Shown: positions 39,512 to 54,843 of the stretch, one piece after another
How the letters are laid out: each line of letters starts with the position of its first letter
Position numbering within the stretch: the stretch's first letter is position 1
Assembly (NCBI GenBank): GCA_963805975.1
Contig: CAWDVR010000002.1
Coordinates: 736,001-800,000, forward strand
Source: an uncultured Acidobacteriota bacterium
Lineage (GTDB): Bacteria > Acidobacteriota > Thermoanaerobaculia > Multivoradales > SZUA-115
Direction: 5' to 3'
Length of the DNA: 64,000 nucleotides
The notes under the pieces: model-generated
What the model saw: only the letters and a program-made list of their open reading frames with translations
Databases searched by the model: none
What the model was told of the DNA's origin: nothing
Position numbers and translations under genes: made by a program

Positions 39512-42478
39512 CTAGAAGCGGATGCCGACCGAGACGCGGAAGGTGCGTGGCTTTTGGAAAGCATCCGGGCTGATGGCCTGGCCGAACTGCGGCCCCTTGG
39601 CCCAGTGCACGCCCTCCACCGGGGTCTCGGTGAACGGGTTGAACGGCTGGCAGCGGGCGCCGCCGCACGAGGTGGCGGTGGTGTTGACCGCGGTGAAGAT
39701 GAGGGTGTTGAAGAAGTTCACGTCGGTCGAGGCGATCTCCTGCTCGTTGAACACGTTCAGCACCTCGGGCTGGACGAAGATCTCGAGGTCCCGGCCGAAG
39801 GCTCCCCACTTGAACGAGTAGCTGAGCGCGACGTCCGTGGCGAGGACGTCCGAGGTCTTGAAGGCACCGCGCTCCGAGAAGAAATACGCCACCGAGGTCG
39901 GAGGCTGCACGTAGCCGGGGTTGACGATGCCGTTCGGGTTGGTTGCGGAACGGCGAGTGTCGACGTTGCCCGCCGCCGAGTAGGGCCGGCCCGAGAAGTA
40001 GCTCTGCAACAGCGCCGCGTTCAGGCGGTGCCGCTGGTTGTTGATGATGTCGTAGCGCCCCCACAGCCGCAGGCGGTGCCGCTGGTCGCTCGAGAGGTCG
40101 CCCTTCGGGGCGTTCCAGGAGACGTCGCGGTACTCGGGGTAGTTGAGAATGGCGGAGCGTACCGGGCCGCTGGCGCGGGTCTCGCCGTCGAAGTTGCCCT
40201 GGGTGTGAGACCAGGTGTAGTTACCGCCGAGGTTCAGCCGGTCGTAGAGCCGGTAGGTGGCGGCGACGTGCACGCCGTCGTAGGTGCGCTCGAGCAGCGA
40301 GCTATCGTTCTCGATGATCGACAGGTCGGCAAACGCGCCGGTGGGCGTCCGCACACGGCCCGTCGAGAGGTCCCGGCGGTCGGCGTAGAAGTCCTCGCTC
40401 TCGCGGCGCACGTAGTCGACTCGCGCCAGGCCCCGGCTGCCCAGCCGCTTGGCGGCGCCCACGGTGTACTCGAGGGTGCTCGGCGAGGCCAGGCTATCGC
40501 GGATGAGCGTGGTGCCACCGGGGATGGAGATCGCGCGGGTGGGATCCGAGTCCGTGCCGCCGATCGTGTCGAACCACTCGAAGACCCGCCGGACCGCCTC
40601 TTCGGTGGGCACCAGCGGCCCGGTCGCGTTGATCGCCGGGCCCTCGTAGAACCACTGCAGGGTGGCCGGCGCGCCGGCCGCCGAGCTGGCGTCCGCCTGG
40701 TTGTTGGCCACCGCCGTCACGTACTCGGCGTACGAGGCATTGATCAGCCAGTCGCCGTCGCCCTTGGGATCGAAAGTGAGGCCGACGCGCGGCGAGAGCT
40801 TGGCATCGTCGATCACCTTGACGCCCTGGGCGTTCTTACCGTCGTTGACGTCGTAGCGGGCACCGATGTTGAAGCTCCAGTTGTTGTTGAGCCGCCAGCC
40901 GTCGTTGACGAAGTACGAGTTGGTCACGAAGTCCGTGCCGCTGGTGGTGATCAGGATCGGGTTCCACTGGATGGTGGTGAAGTTGCCGGCGCGGCCCGGG
41001 AGGATCACCGGGAAGACCTCGCCGCCCTGGATGATCCTGCCGGAGAGCAGGAGGCGGAAGTCGCTGCCCGACTGGTGGTTGTCGGCGGCCCGGATGTCGT
41101 TGAAGTGGTCGTAGCCGAACACCAGGTCGTGCGAGCCGAGCTTGTCGCCCGACAGGAACCAGGAGCCCTTGACCAGGTAGTTCTCGTTGTTGCGCTCCTC
41201 GTCCGGATCGCAGGCGCCGCAGAAGGTGGGGCTGTTGAAGCGGTTGCCGGTGCCCTGCGGATTGTCGACCAGGAGCGTGCCGCGGATGCGGTCGGTGAAC
41301 TGCGAGCCGGAGTCGACGAAGGTGAACTCGCGCTCCGAGTACTGGGCCTCGACGAAGAAGTTGCGGGTCAGGACGCCCGAGTAGTGGGCGGAGGCGAGGG
41401 TCTGCGGCAGCTCGCGGGCGTAGACGCTGGCGAGGTCGAGGACGCTGCCGAAGATCACGCCGCCGTCTTTCTCTTCGACGTCCATGTAGGAGCCCACCAG
41501 GCTGTGGCCCTCGGCCAGGCTGAAGGTCACTTTGCCCTCGAGGCGGGTCTCCGAGTCGTCGTTGGCGTAGGGAAGATTGGTGAGCACCGTCTGGGCGACG
41601 GCGCTGGTGTCGAGGTCGCGGCCGGCGAGGAAGAACCACAGCCGGTCGCGCCACAGGTAGCCGCCGAGGGTCGCCTCGTAGGTCTCGTTGATGGTGTCCG
41701 CCTGACTCACGGTGAGCGGCGTCTCGGCGCCCCAGTCCTCGTTGGTGAAGTTGGTGCGCAGCGAGCCTTCGAACTGGTTGCCGCCGGACTTGGTCAGCAC
41801 GTTGACCACGCCGCCGGCGAACCGGCCGTACTCGGCCGAGATGCCCGAAGTAGTGGTGGTGGTCTCCTGGATGGCGTCCTCGATGAAGAGGTCGTTGGGC
41901 TGGCCGCGCAGGTTCTCGTTGACCACCACGCCGTTGACCAGGAACAGGCTCTCGTAGGACTGCGCGCCCGAGATCACGATGCCGTCGGCCGGGCCGCCGG
42001 TCGAGACGCCAGGCGCCAGAGTGACGGCGCCGGCGATGTCGCGGTTGACCGGCAGCTCTTCCAGGAACACCTTCTCGTAGGTGGTCGAGGCCTGGGGCGT
42101 CTGCGAGATGGTCTCGTAGGCGCCGGTGACCATCACCTCTTCGCTGACGCCCTCGAGCGACATCGCCATGTCGAGCTGGCTCGACTGGGCGGCCGAGAGC
42201 TTGATCGTCTGCTCGGCGGTTTGGAAACCCGAGATCTCGAACTTGACGGTGTACTCGCCGGCCGGCATGAACGGGAAGATGTAATCGCCGTTGGCCGTGG
42301 TCTGGGTGACGCGGGCGCCCTGGAGGGTCTCCGAGGTGGCGGTCACCGTCACCCCCGGCAGCGGCTGGTCGTCCGCCAGCACCCGGCCCGAAAGGGTGCC
42401 GGTGGGGTTTTGTGCAAGGGCCGGCAAGGCCACGAACGCCCCCAGCACGAGCAGGGTCCGAAACAAGGTGGATCGCAT
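39512..42478 (-). CDS. Oar-like TonB-dependent outer-membrane receptor with an N-terminal carboxypeptidase-regulatory-like domain
   Basis: Signal peptide; GTLSGRV...LPGVTVT; SAEYGRFAGGVVN..TKSG.N; ends ..PRTFRVSVGIRF. Confidence 0.92.
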   Translation of the reverse strand: MRSTLFRTLLVLGAFVALPALAQNPTGTLSGRVLADDQPLPGVTVTATSETLQGARVTQTTANGDYIFPFMPAGEYTVKFEISGFQTAEQTIKLSAAQSSQLDMAMSLEGVSEEVMVTGAYETISQTPQASTTYEKVFLEELPVNRDIAGAVTLAPGVSTGGPADGIVISGAQSYESLFLVNGVVVNENLRGQPNDLFIEDAIQETTTTTSGISAEYGRFAGGVVNVLTKSGGNQFEGSLRTNFTNEDWGAETPLTVSQADTINETYEATLGGYLWRDRLWFFLAGRDLDTSAVAQTVLTNLPYANDDSETRLEGKVTFSLAEGHSLVGSYMDVEEKDGGVIFGSVLDLASVYARELPQTLASAHYSGVLTRNFFVEAQYSEREFTFVDSGSQFTDRIRGTLLVDNPQGTGNRFNSPTFCGACDPDEERNNENYLVKGSWFLSGDKLGSHDLVFGYDHFNDIRAADNHQSGSDFRLLLSGRIIQGGEVFPVILPGRAGNFTTIQWNPILITTSGTDFVTNSYFVNDGWRLNNNWSFNIGARYDVNDGKNAQGVKVIDDAKLSPRVGLTFDPKGDGDWLINASYAEYVTAVANNQADASSAAGAPATLQWFYEGPAINATGPLVPTEEAVRRVFEWFDTIGGTDSDPTRAISIPGGTTLIRDSLASPSTLEYTVGAAKRLGSRGLARVDYVRRESEDFYADRRDLSTGRVRTPTGAFADLSIIENDSSLLERTYDGVHVAATYRLYDRLNLGGNYTWSHTQGNFDGETRASGPVRSAILNYPEYRDVSWNAPKGDLSSDQRHRLRLWGRYDIINNQRHRLNAALLQSYFSGRPYSAAGNVDTRRSATNPNGIVNPGYVQPPTSVAYFFSERGAFKTSDVLATDVALSYSFKWGAFGRDLEIFVQPEVLNVFNEQEIASTDVNFFNTLIFTAVNTTATSCGGARCQPFNPFTETPVEGVHWAKGPQFGQAISPDAFQKPRTFRVSVGIRF

Positions 42479-42698
42479 GGTTTTCTGCCTCCTTTTTCGT
42501 CGCCGCTCGGCGCGGCGGGATAGTTCTATTGCGAACGCGTTCTCTTCCGCGAAGGCACCGTGTCGCTGAGCAGGGGACGTCTGCAAGCCCTCCGCCACTG
42601 CCCAAGCTCAGTGCTATCAGGCAGTTAGAGCGCTCATAGCGGCGCCCGCTTCAACGAGTTGGATGTAGATGCAAGATGCTGAAGTGATTATAGCTTTG

Positions 42699-44030
42699 TC
42701 ACGAGGAAGTCACGGGGAGGCGGAGCGTCGCCTCGCAGCCCGGACCGGTCCTGCGGTTCGCCAGCACCAGGCTGCCGCCGTGCGCCTCGGCGATCTGCCG
42801 CGACAGCACCAGGCCGATGCCGCTGCCCGCCGGCTTGGTGGTGAAGAAGGGGACGAAGAGGTTCGAGGTCTGGGGCAGGCCGGGCCCCTCGTCCTCGATC
42901 GAGAGGACGAGGGCGGCTCCTTCGCGAACCCAGGAGATGAAGACGCCGCCACCGGTCTCGTTCGCGGCGTCCGCGGCGTTCCTCACCAGGTTGATGAGCA
43001 GTTGCTCGAGCTGGTCGGGGTCGGCGGAGAGCACCTGCTCCGGCCCCGGCTCGACCTCCACCGCGACCCTGGTCTCGAGCGTGGCGATCCGCCGCACCAG
43101 GGAGCCGATCGCCACCGGCCGGGCCTGTGGCGGCGGCAGCCTGGCCAGCCGGGAGTAAGCGCTCATGAAACGCGACAGCGCGTCCGAGCGTTGGGCGATG
43201 ACGGCGAGGCCGCCGGCCATGTCCTCACGCCAGTCGTCGGCCAGCACCGGCCGGCCGAGGAGCGCCGCCAGGGTGGCGGCCATGGACTTGATCGGCGCCA
43301 GGGAGTTGTTGAGCTCGTGCCCCAGCACCCGCAGCAGCCTCTTCCACGCCTGGCGCTCCTCCTCGCGCAGGGCCTGGGAGAGGTTGGCGATCACCAGCAG
43401 GTGGTGCGGCAGCCCGCCCTCGCGGAAGCCGCTCCTCCTCACTCCCCAGCGCCCCGAGCCGCCGGGGAAGGCGCGCTCCACGGTTCCCGCCACCTCGCCC
43501 TCCACCAGGTCGGCCAGGCCGAGCTCGGCGGCGGTCCGGCCCAGCAGCTCCTCGGGCGGCCGGGCCAGCAGGCGCTCGCCGGCCGGATTGACGAGCCGCA
43601 GCGCGAGGTCGCCGCCGAAGGTGAAGATGGCGACGTCGATCTCCTCGATGACCTTGCGCAGCAGCATGGTCGCCTCGACCGCGCCCAGGCGCTGCTCCAT
43701 CAGAGTGGCGGACAGCACGTTGATCTCCCGCATCACCTCGCCCAGCACGTCGTCCGCGGCGGCGCTCCGGGCGCGCAGCGAGAAGTCCCCCTCGCGCGAG
43801 GCCTGGAGCAGGTTGGCAATGGTCTGCAAGGGGTAGACGACGCGCTTGCGCAGCAGCGCCGCCAGCCCGAACCAGAGGCAGAGGATGAAGACCGAGAGCG
43901 TCCACTGCACCTTGGGCGCATGCTCGCCGAACCACAGGAGAGCGAGCGCCACGAACGACCCCGGCAGGCCGGCGGCCAGCGCCAGCAGCAGGATGCGCGT
44001 CTCGTAGCGCGGGGCAGGTAGGCGGGGCAC
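42699..44030 (-). CDS. Sensor histidine kinase (NtrY/NtrB-like)
   Basis: AWKRLLRVLGHELNNSL, NLVRNA, DEGPG, PFFTTK, GSGIGL. Confidence 0.92.
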   Translation of the reverse strand: MPRLPAPRYETRILLLALAAGLPGSFVALALLWFGEHAPKVQWTLSVFILCLWFGLAALLRKRVVYPLQTIANLLQASREGDFSLRARSAAADDVLGEVMREINVLSATLMEQRLGAVEATMLLRKVIEEIDVAIFTFGGDLALRLVNPAGERLLARPPEELLGRTAAELGLADLVEGEVAGTVERAFPGGSGRWGVRRSGFREGGLPHHLLVIANLSQALREEERQAWKRLLRVLGHELNNSLAPIKSMAATLAALLGRPVLADDWREDMAGGLAVIAQRSDALSRFMSAYSRLARLPPPQARPVAIGSLVRRIATLETRVAVEVEPGPEQVLSADPDQLEQLLINLVRNAADAANETGGGVFISWVREGAALVLSIEDEGPGLPQTSNLFVPFFTTKPAGSGIGLVLSRQIAEAHGGSLVLANRRTGPGCEATLRLPVTSS

Positions 44031-44039
44031 GGCGGGAGC

Positions 44040-45398
<1,359 letters not shown>

Positions 45399-45413
45399 GG
45401 TGCTTGCGAAGAG

Positions 45414-45428
45414 GCAACCCGCGTGCCA
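45414..45428 (-). promoter_or_regulatory. sigma-54 promoter directly upstream of the regulator
   Basis: TGGCACGCGGGTTGC, an exact TGGCAC-N5-TTGC consensus. Confidence 0.7.
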
Positions 45429-45449
45429 GGGCGGGCGAGCGTGACGAGG

Positions 45450-46148
45450 TCAGGTCCGGGGCGTGCCGGTCAGTGAGTCTTCCTGCACCCAGCCGTCGCG
45501 CAGGCGGATGATGCGGTGGCCGTAGCCGGCGTTCTCCTGCGAATGGGTGACCTGGACGATCGTCGTCCCTGCCTGGTTCAGGCGGGTGAAGAGCTCCATG
45601 ATCTCCCGCGCCTGCTCGCTGTGCAGGTTGCCGGTGGGCTCGTCGGCGAAGATCACCTTGGGGCTCATGATCACCGCCCGCGCCACGCCCACGAGCTGCT
45701 GCTGGCCGCCCGAGAGCTGGTTGGGGAAGAGATCTTTCTTGCCGACGATCGCGAAGCGGTCGAGGGTGTCGGCCACCAGGGCCTCGCGCTCGGTGCGCTT
45801 GATGTTGAGGTAGGAGAGCGGCACGTCCAGGTTCTCGGCCACGGTCAAGTTGTCGAGCAGGTGATAGCTCTGGAAGACGAAGCCGATGTTGCGCTTGCGC
45901 AGCTCGTTTCTCTCCTTCACCTTCAGGGCGTGGATCGGTTCGCCCGCGAAGAAGTACTCGCCCGTCCACTCGCCGTCGAGCATGCCGAGGATGTGGAGCA
46001 GCGTCGTCTTGCCGGCGCCCGAGGGACCCATGATGGTGACGAACTCGCCCTGCTCGATGCCCACGGTGATGCGCCGCAGCACGTAGGCCATGCCACGGCC
46101 GACCTGGTAGGCCTTCTCGACGTTCTTGAGCTCGATCATCGGTGCCAT
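45450..46148 (-). CDS. ABC ATP-binding protein (LolD/MacB-type)
   Basis: [30 protein letters not shown]. Confidence 0.92.
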   Translation of the reverse strand: MAPMIELKNVEKAYQVGRGMAYVLRRITVGIEQGEFVTIMGPSGAGKTTLLHILGMLDGEWTGEYFFAGEPIHALKVKERNELRKRNIGFVFQSYHLLDNLTVAENLDVPLSYLNIKRTEREALVADTLDRFAIVGKKDLFPNQLSGGQQQLVGVARAVIMSPKVIFADEPTGNLHSEQAREIMELFTRLNQAGTTIVQVTHSQENAGYGHRIIRLRDGWVQEDSLTGTPRT

Positions 46149-46228
46149 GGCGGGATCCTCGGGAATGAGAGCGAGGGCCCGAACCGCGGCGCAACGCGGT
46201 CCGGGCCTCGGGGCGGGACGTTTGGAGC

Positions 46229-46972
<744 letters not shown>

Positions 46973-47049
46973 AGTTTCCCTCGTTTATCAGTCGGATCGG
47001 TTACCTGACCTGTATAACGGCCGTCGCTCGACTTTGTTCCAGCAGCTCG

Positions 47050-48303
47050 TCACTTGAGCTGGATCACCTCGTGCTCGTCGTAGTTCGAGGTGTCCGAGAG
47101 GATCACCTGGTCGCCCTGCTGCAGGCCCTCCAGGATCTCGATCTCGTTGACCGACGCCCGCCCCAGCTTGACGAGCTGGCGCTGCGCCTCGCCGTCGGCC
47201 ATCACCTTGTACAGCTCGACGTCGCTGTTCGCCTGCCCAGAGGTCGGCCGCCCCATCTTGAGCACGTCGGAGAGGAGCGCGATCTCGATGATGCCCTCGA
47301 CCGAGAGGTCCGGCCTGGCGCCCTTGGGCAGCTCGCCGACGATCTCCACGTCCACCGTCACGGTGCCCTCCCGCACCGCCGGGTCGATGCGCTGGACCTT
47401 GCCCTCGACCACACCGTTCCTGGTGTCGATCTCGGCCCGCTGGCCGTTCAGGAGATCCTTGGCCTGGACCTGGGGAATCTGCAGCACGGCCTTGAGCCGG
47501 CTCGGGTTGGCGACCCGGGCGAGGCTGGCTCCCGGCTGCACGCGCTGCCCCACTTCGACCGGAACGTCCTGCAGCACGCCGGAGATCCCGGCCCGCACCT
47601 GGAGGCGGCTGATCAGGCTCTGGCGGAGCGCGTAGACGGCGCGCAGCTGCGCGACCTGCGTCTTCTGAGAGGCGATCTGCGCGACCACCGACTCGCGCTT
47701 CTTGGCCAGGCGCTGCACCTCGATCTGTGCCCGCTCGGCGAGCTGCTTTTCCCGAAGCTCGGCGCGCTTGAGCTCGATGGCCGGCGTCAGCCCCTCCTTG
47801 GCAAGCTCCTTCTGCGCCGCGGCGTCCAGCTTGGCCGACTCGTAGTCCGCCTGCACGCCGGCGGCCTCGGCCTGCTGGTTCAAGACCTCGCTCTCGAGGC
47901 GCACGGCGAGGTCCGTCGATTGCCCTTCGGCCACCTCGAGCGCCAGCCTGGCGTCGAGCTCCTGCTGCTCGAGCGTAGGGTTGGTGAGCTCGAGGATCAC
48001 GCTCTCGGGAGTCACCTCGGTGCCCGGCAGGATGACCTTCCTGCTCACCGTGCCGTCACTCTCGGCGGTGACCCACTGGATCTCTTCGGGCTGCAGCGTC
48101 CCCGGGCCACGCACCCGGAGCGGCATGTCCCCCCGCTCCACGGTGCCCAACCAGACCGTCTCACGCTCGACCGGGAAGGCACTGGCTTTCAAGGTCGACA
48201 GCCAGACGGTGATCAGGACGAGAGCCAGGAGGCCCGCTCCGCCCAACGCGATCTGCCGCTGCTTCTTTTTTTTCTTTTCTGACTCGTCGCGAGGCTTGTC
48301 CAT
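47050..48303 (-). CDS. HlyD/efflux periplasmic adaptor subunit
   Basis: Starts MDKPR; TM; VRGPGTL.P; coiled coil; IDTRNG, RIDPAV, ARPDLSVEG. Confidence 0.9.
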   Translation of the reverse strand: MDKPRDESEKKKKKQRQIALGGAGLLALVLITVWLSTLKASAFPVERETVWLGTVERGDMPLRVRGPGTLQPEEIQWVTAESDGTVSRKVILPGTEVTPESVILELTNPTLEQQELDARLALEVAEGQSTDLAVRLESEVLNQQAEAAGVQADYESAKLDAAAQKELAKEGLTPAIELKRAELREKQLAERAQIEVQRLAKKRESVVAQIASQKTQVAQLRAVYALRQSLISRLQVRAGISGVLQDVPVEVGQRVQPGASLARVANPSRLKAVLQIPQVQAKDLLNGQRAEIDTRNGVVEGKVQRIDPAVREGTVTVDVEIVGELPKGARPDLSVEGIIEIALLSDVLKMGRPTSGQANSDVELYKVMADGEAQRQLVKLGRASVNEIEILEGLQQGDQVILSDTSNYDEHEVIQLK

Positions 48304-48368
48304 CGAGGCGACTCCTCTAACACCGATTGCGGCCCGAGCGACCGAAGTGCGGCGTGAAATTGCGGTGG

Positions 48369-48384
48369 TGCACCCATCATGCCA
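48369..48384 (-). promoter_or_regulatory. sigma-54 promoter of the adaptor/ABC operon
   Basis: TGGCATGATGGGTGCA: GG-N10-GC, about 65 nt upstream of the ATG at 48303. Confidence 0.6.
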
Positions 48385-48579
48385 TTGGCAGACACATACG
48401 GGTAGAGCGCGGCGGAGTTGCGGAGCGCGTCCCAAACGGCCCAACGGGCAGGAAGATAACCTGTGAACGTTCGCTTTCGGGATGCCGTCGTCCCAACAAC
48501 GGACAAGAAAGCCCCGAAGCGAGCGCGCCGGGCGGCCGCCGCTTCAGGGCTAGGGGTCGAGCCTCTGTTCTAGTCCGGC

Positions 48580-48927
48580 TTACGTTTCCAGCCCGCGAAA
48601 GAAGTTCTGCCGCAGCTTGTCGTTGAACTGGTGGTCGGTCAGCCGGTAGTAGATGGTCTGAGCGTCGCGGCGCGGTGCCACGAGACCGTAGGCACGGAGC
48701 TTCGACAGGTGCTGCGAAACCGCCGACACCGAGACGCCGAGCATCTCGGCCAAATCGCAGACGCACAGCTCTTTCATGTTCTCGAGCAGGTAGAGGAGCT
48801 TGAGCCGCGTCGCGTTGCCCGCCAAGTTGAGTAGGTCGGCTGCTTCTTCCAAGTCAGGGGAGACCTCCAGGTTCTGGCGGATCTGGGAGATCTCCTTCTG
48901 CGAAATGCTGGGACCCTCGGTCTTCAT
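48580..48927 (-). CDS. ArsR/SmtB-family metalloregulator
   Basis: RLKLL, ELCVCDLA, SAVSQHL.KLR, YY.L; GGAGGTG RBS. Confidence 0.9.
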   Translation of the reverse strand: MKTEGPSISQKEISQIRQNLEVSPDLEEAADLLNLAGNATRLKLLYLLENMKELCVCDLAEMLGVSVSAVSQHLSKLRAYGLVAPRRDAQTIYYRLTDHQFNDKLRQNFFRGLET

Positions 48928-49238
48928 GCTCACCTCCTACGGTTGCCACGGGTTGAGGGGGTTGGGGCCCACGCCGCGGAGGGCGTGGGGTTCAAAAATG
49001 GCATCAAAAGCATAGGCATTTCGACTTCAATAGATCTACGCACAGGATACGAGAATCATTATACGCTGCTTTGCCTCGAATTTGCGAAACGCCAAAAAAA
49101 TTGAGGGCTCCTAAGCATGTAGTTGGTCGCCCGTAGGCCCTCGCTCCGAGCTTGCTTGCGCACAACTTGGAGCATGATTTCTTTAAGAACTGATTGTCTC
49201 CGGACCTGGTCCGTTTGTCAACCGGCGCTTGCCGCCGG

Positions 49239-51670
<2,432 letters not shown>

Positions 51671-51674
<4 letters not shown>

Positions 51675-53002
51675 TCCTCGCCCGTGGCTCCCCCATCGAG
51701 CGGCACCAGCAGCCCTTCGAGTCGCGCCGCGGCCTCGTGCAGTCGGCCGAGCGCCGCCAGGTGGTCGGCCTCGGCCTGAAACCACGTGCGCTGGGCCATC
51801 AACACTTGCGGATACGCGGCCATCATCGCCTGGTAACGCTCGAGATAGGCGCGGTATGCCTGCTCGGCCCGCGGCAGGATCCCTTCCCGGTAGACCGAGA
51901 CCATTCGGTGAGCCGAGCTGTACTCGGCCCAGACGTCGGCGAAGCGCCTCTCGAGCCCTCCCTCGAGCACCGTGACCTCGGCCCTGGCGCGGGCGGCTGC
52001 CGCCTCCGCCTCGGCGATCGAGCCCTGGCCGCGGTCGAAGAGCGGTAAGGGCACGCCGATCTCGAAGAACCCTTCCCAGCCCACGCGAGGCCCCTCGCGG
52101 ACCACCCTCTCCCGCCCCTGGAGCGCGCCCGCGGTGATCTCCAGGTTGGGCACCGCCCGCGCTCGCACCGCCGCCAAGTCTGCCTCGGCCACGGCCAGCC
52201 GAGCCAGGGCGCCGGCACGCTCGGGACTGTCTCGGAGCACGCGCGCGCGTACCGTGGCCTCGTCGAGCCCCGGGAGCGGCGCTAGGTCCTCGGACACGCG
52301 GGCGATCTGTCGCCGAGGCTCGCCGGCGGCAGCGGCCAGGCTCGCCAGGGCGGCCGTCAGCTCGGTGCGGGTAGTCTCCTCTGCCAGGGCCACGAGCTCG
52401 GCCTCGATCTCGGCGGCGGTAAGGTCCGACTCGTCCGCGACACCGGTGTTATAGAGCTGCCAGGCGATCTCGACCGCCTCGTCGGCGAGCCGCGAGAGCC
52501 GCGTCCGCGCGGCGAGCAGGCGCTGTGCCGTGGCTGCTCGGGCATACCCGACCCGTACCGCCGTCAGGGCCGCGAGCCTCGTCCTCTCGGCCTGGGCCTC
52601 GAGCTCGACCACGCGCGCCTCGGCGGCCTTGCGACCCTTGGCGAGCTTTCCCCCGAGAACGAGCTCCTGCTCGACGAAGAAGCCGTAGCGCGCCGTGTCT
52701 TCACGACCGGATTCGAGCGAGATGTCCTCACCCGCGACGCCCAGAGTCGGATTGGGCCATAGGCCGGCCTGCAACCGGGCCCCCCGACCGCCGCGCTCGG
52801 CTGCGGCAGCGGCCGCCAGCGCGGGATGGTTGTCGAGCACCAGCGATTCGAGCTCGGCGAGCGTGGTCACGGGTCCGGCCGGGGCCTCCACCGGCGCCGC
52901 CCGGGGTGCCGGGTGATGGTGCTCGTGCTGCGCCGTGGCCGTCTCTGTCGCGAAGGCCGCGATGCAGAGGACGGCCGCGGTGGTCCGCCCCCACCTGTTC
53001 AC
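51671..53002 (-). CDS. TolC-family outer-membrane protein with a His-rich N-terminus
   Basis: GTG at 53002; signal peptide, QHEHHH; [25 protein letters not shown]. Confidence 0.85.
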
Positions 53003-54306
53003 CGGCCACCGCCGTGCGAATGGCCTTCGTGCCCGCTCGCCGGCGGCGGCTCCACCGCCTCCGCCTTGAGGGCCAGGATGCGGTCGTACATCTCCGGCTC
53101 GAGCACCCGCACCAGGGTCATCATGCCCATCATGGCGCCCGTCCAGGTCGGCCTCAGGCCCAACGTCTCGGGCTTCTCGACCGCCTTGTCCATCGCCATG
53201 AACATGTCCTGCGGGTAGCCGGGCACGGTGCGCGCGTTCGGTGCGGGCGGGTGGAAAGACATCGCGTGCTCGGCGCCCGGCTCGGTGAGCGGTCCGACCA
53301 TCGTGGTCATGTGGTTCATCATGTGGTGCGGCAGGTGGCAGTGGAGCATCCAGTCGCCGGCGTGCCTGGCCTCGAACTCCACGTCCCGCGCCTGCGCCAC
53401 CCCCACGATCTCGGTGTTGCCCGGCTTCCACGCCGAGCGCGGGATGCGCCCGCCCTCCGTCCCCGTCACCCACCAGGTGTTGCCGTGGAGGTGGATGGGG
53501 TGGTGGTCCATGCCGAGGTTGATCATCCGGATCCGTACCCGCTCGCCCTTCTTGACCAGCATCGGTGTGGTCGCGGGCCCGGACTTGCCGTTGAAGGTCA
53601 GCCAGTTGAACTCCATGGCCAGGGTGTTGGGCGTCTGGTTGTTGGGCAGGATCGCCCACTCCTGGAGAGCGATGCCGAAGTCGCGCTGGCAGAGCGGCGC
53701 ATGAGGCCTGGCGGGATGGATGATGAAGAAGCCTAAGGCACCCATCATCTCCTGCATCGGAAAATGGGAGTGGTAGAAGAAGGTGCCGTTCTGCCGCACC
53801 GTGAACTCGTACACGTAGCGGCCGCCGGGGGCGATGGGGTCGACCCCCAGGCCCGGCACGCCGTCCTGCAGCATCGAGACCTCGAGGCCGTGCCAGTGGA
53901 CGGCGGTCTCTTCCGGCAGGTGGTTGTCGACCACGAAGCGCAGGCGGTCGCCCTCCACCACTTCGATCGTCGGCCCCGGCACCGAGCCGTTGTAGCCCCA
54001 GAGGTTGAACGGCTGGCGCCAGGGCAGAAACCGCTGCTTCACCACCTCGCAGCGGAGGTGAAACTCCTTGGCGCCGTCCACCCACCGCCACGGCAGCTTG
54101 GCCACGTCCGGCGTCTCGACCGGCACGTAACCGAGCTTGCTCGCGTCGGCGGCTTTGGGTGGCGGCGGATCAGAGGGTGCGGGGTGGTGGCCCTCGTGCT
54201 GCGGCTCCGCCTGCGCGAGGCCGCGGACGGTCGCCAGCCCGGCCGCAGCCAGCGCGCCGCCACGCAGGAAGTCGCGGCGGTTACTCTCTCGCCGGTTACT
54301 GGCCAC
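52999..54306 (-). CDS. Tat-exported two-domain multicopper oxidase
   Basis: RRDFL; HWHG, FYHSH, HPIHLHG, HCHLPHHMM; Met-rich tail. Confidence 0.9.
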   Translation of the reverse strand: MASNRRESNRRDFLRGGALAAAGLATVRGLAQAEPQHEGHHPAPSDPPPPKAADASKLGYVPVETPDVAKLPWRWVDGAKEFHLRCEVVKQRFLPWRQPFNLWGYNGSVPGPTIEVVEGDRLRFVVDNHLPEETAVHWHGLEVSMLQDGVPGLGVDPIAPGGRYVYEFTVRQNGTFFYHSHFPMQEMMGALGFFIIHPARPHAPLCQRDFGIALQEWAILPNNQTPNTLAMEFNWLTFNGKSGPATTPMLVKKGERVRIRMINLGMDHHPIHLHGNTWWVTGTEGGRIPRSAWKPGNTEIVGVAQARDVEFEARHAGDWMLHCHLPHHMMNHMTTMVGPLTEPGAEHAMSFHPPAPNARTVPGYPQDMFMAMDKAVEKPETLGLRPTWTGAMMGMMTLVRVLEPEMYDRILALKAEAVEPPPASGHEGHSHGGGR

Positions 54307-54703
54307 CCTTGCCGCCGGAGAGCGCCGCCGCGTACTCGTCGAAGGTCTTCTGGCTCTCGAAGTAGAAGACCGTGCCGTCCTCGAGCGCACCGATCACCGC
54401 CATGGCCTTGTCGACCGGCTTGCCGGTCACCGGATCGACGGCGCTACGGCTCGCCGCGTCCTTGGCCAGGCGCTCTTTGCACATCTCGCAGCAGCCGTAG
54501 TAGGTCTTGTGGTCGAACTCGACCGGGATCTGGTCCTTGCTGAACACCGCGTTGTTGACCATGCAGACCTTCTTGGCCTCGACGCGGGTGAGCTTGCCCT
54601 GCGCCGGCTGGGAGGCGGTGGCAGTGTCGGAAGCCGAGGCGGTCGTCGCCGCGAGCAGGCAGAAGACGAGCGAGGCTGCGAACAGAATGCGATGAGTCTT
54701 CAT
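54296..54703 (-). CDS. Periplasmic YHS/TRASH metal-binding protein
   Basis: Signal peptide; VCMVNN, YYGCCEMC, DPVTG..VDKA, FYFES. Confidence 0.85.
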   Translation of the reverse strand: MKTHRILFAASLVFCLLAATTASASDTATASQPAQGKLTRVEAKKVCMVNNAVFSKDQIPVEFDHKTYYGCCEMCKERLAKDAASRSAVDPVTGKPVDKAMAVIGALEDGTVFYFESQKTFDEYAAALSGGKGGQ

Positions 54704-54843
54704 GGTGGAGCTCCTTCCGTTTGCATTTCCGATATTGGACATCCGGCCGCGGCAACACGCCGCGACCGACCGCGCGGAGCCGGAGCGCTCGCTGGCCGCC
54801 GGTGCCAGGACACGGCGGTGCCTCGCGCGCTCGTTGGAGCGCG

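Noticed and set aside
39365-42523. Long antisense or alternate-frame ORFs (also 851-2320, 12697-14706, 49194-51638, 56297-58198 and many others)
   Set aside because: Shadow ORFs of high-GC genes. They have no family motifs and overlap well-supported genes.
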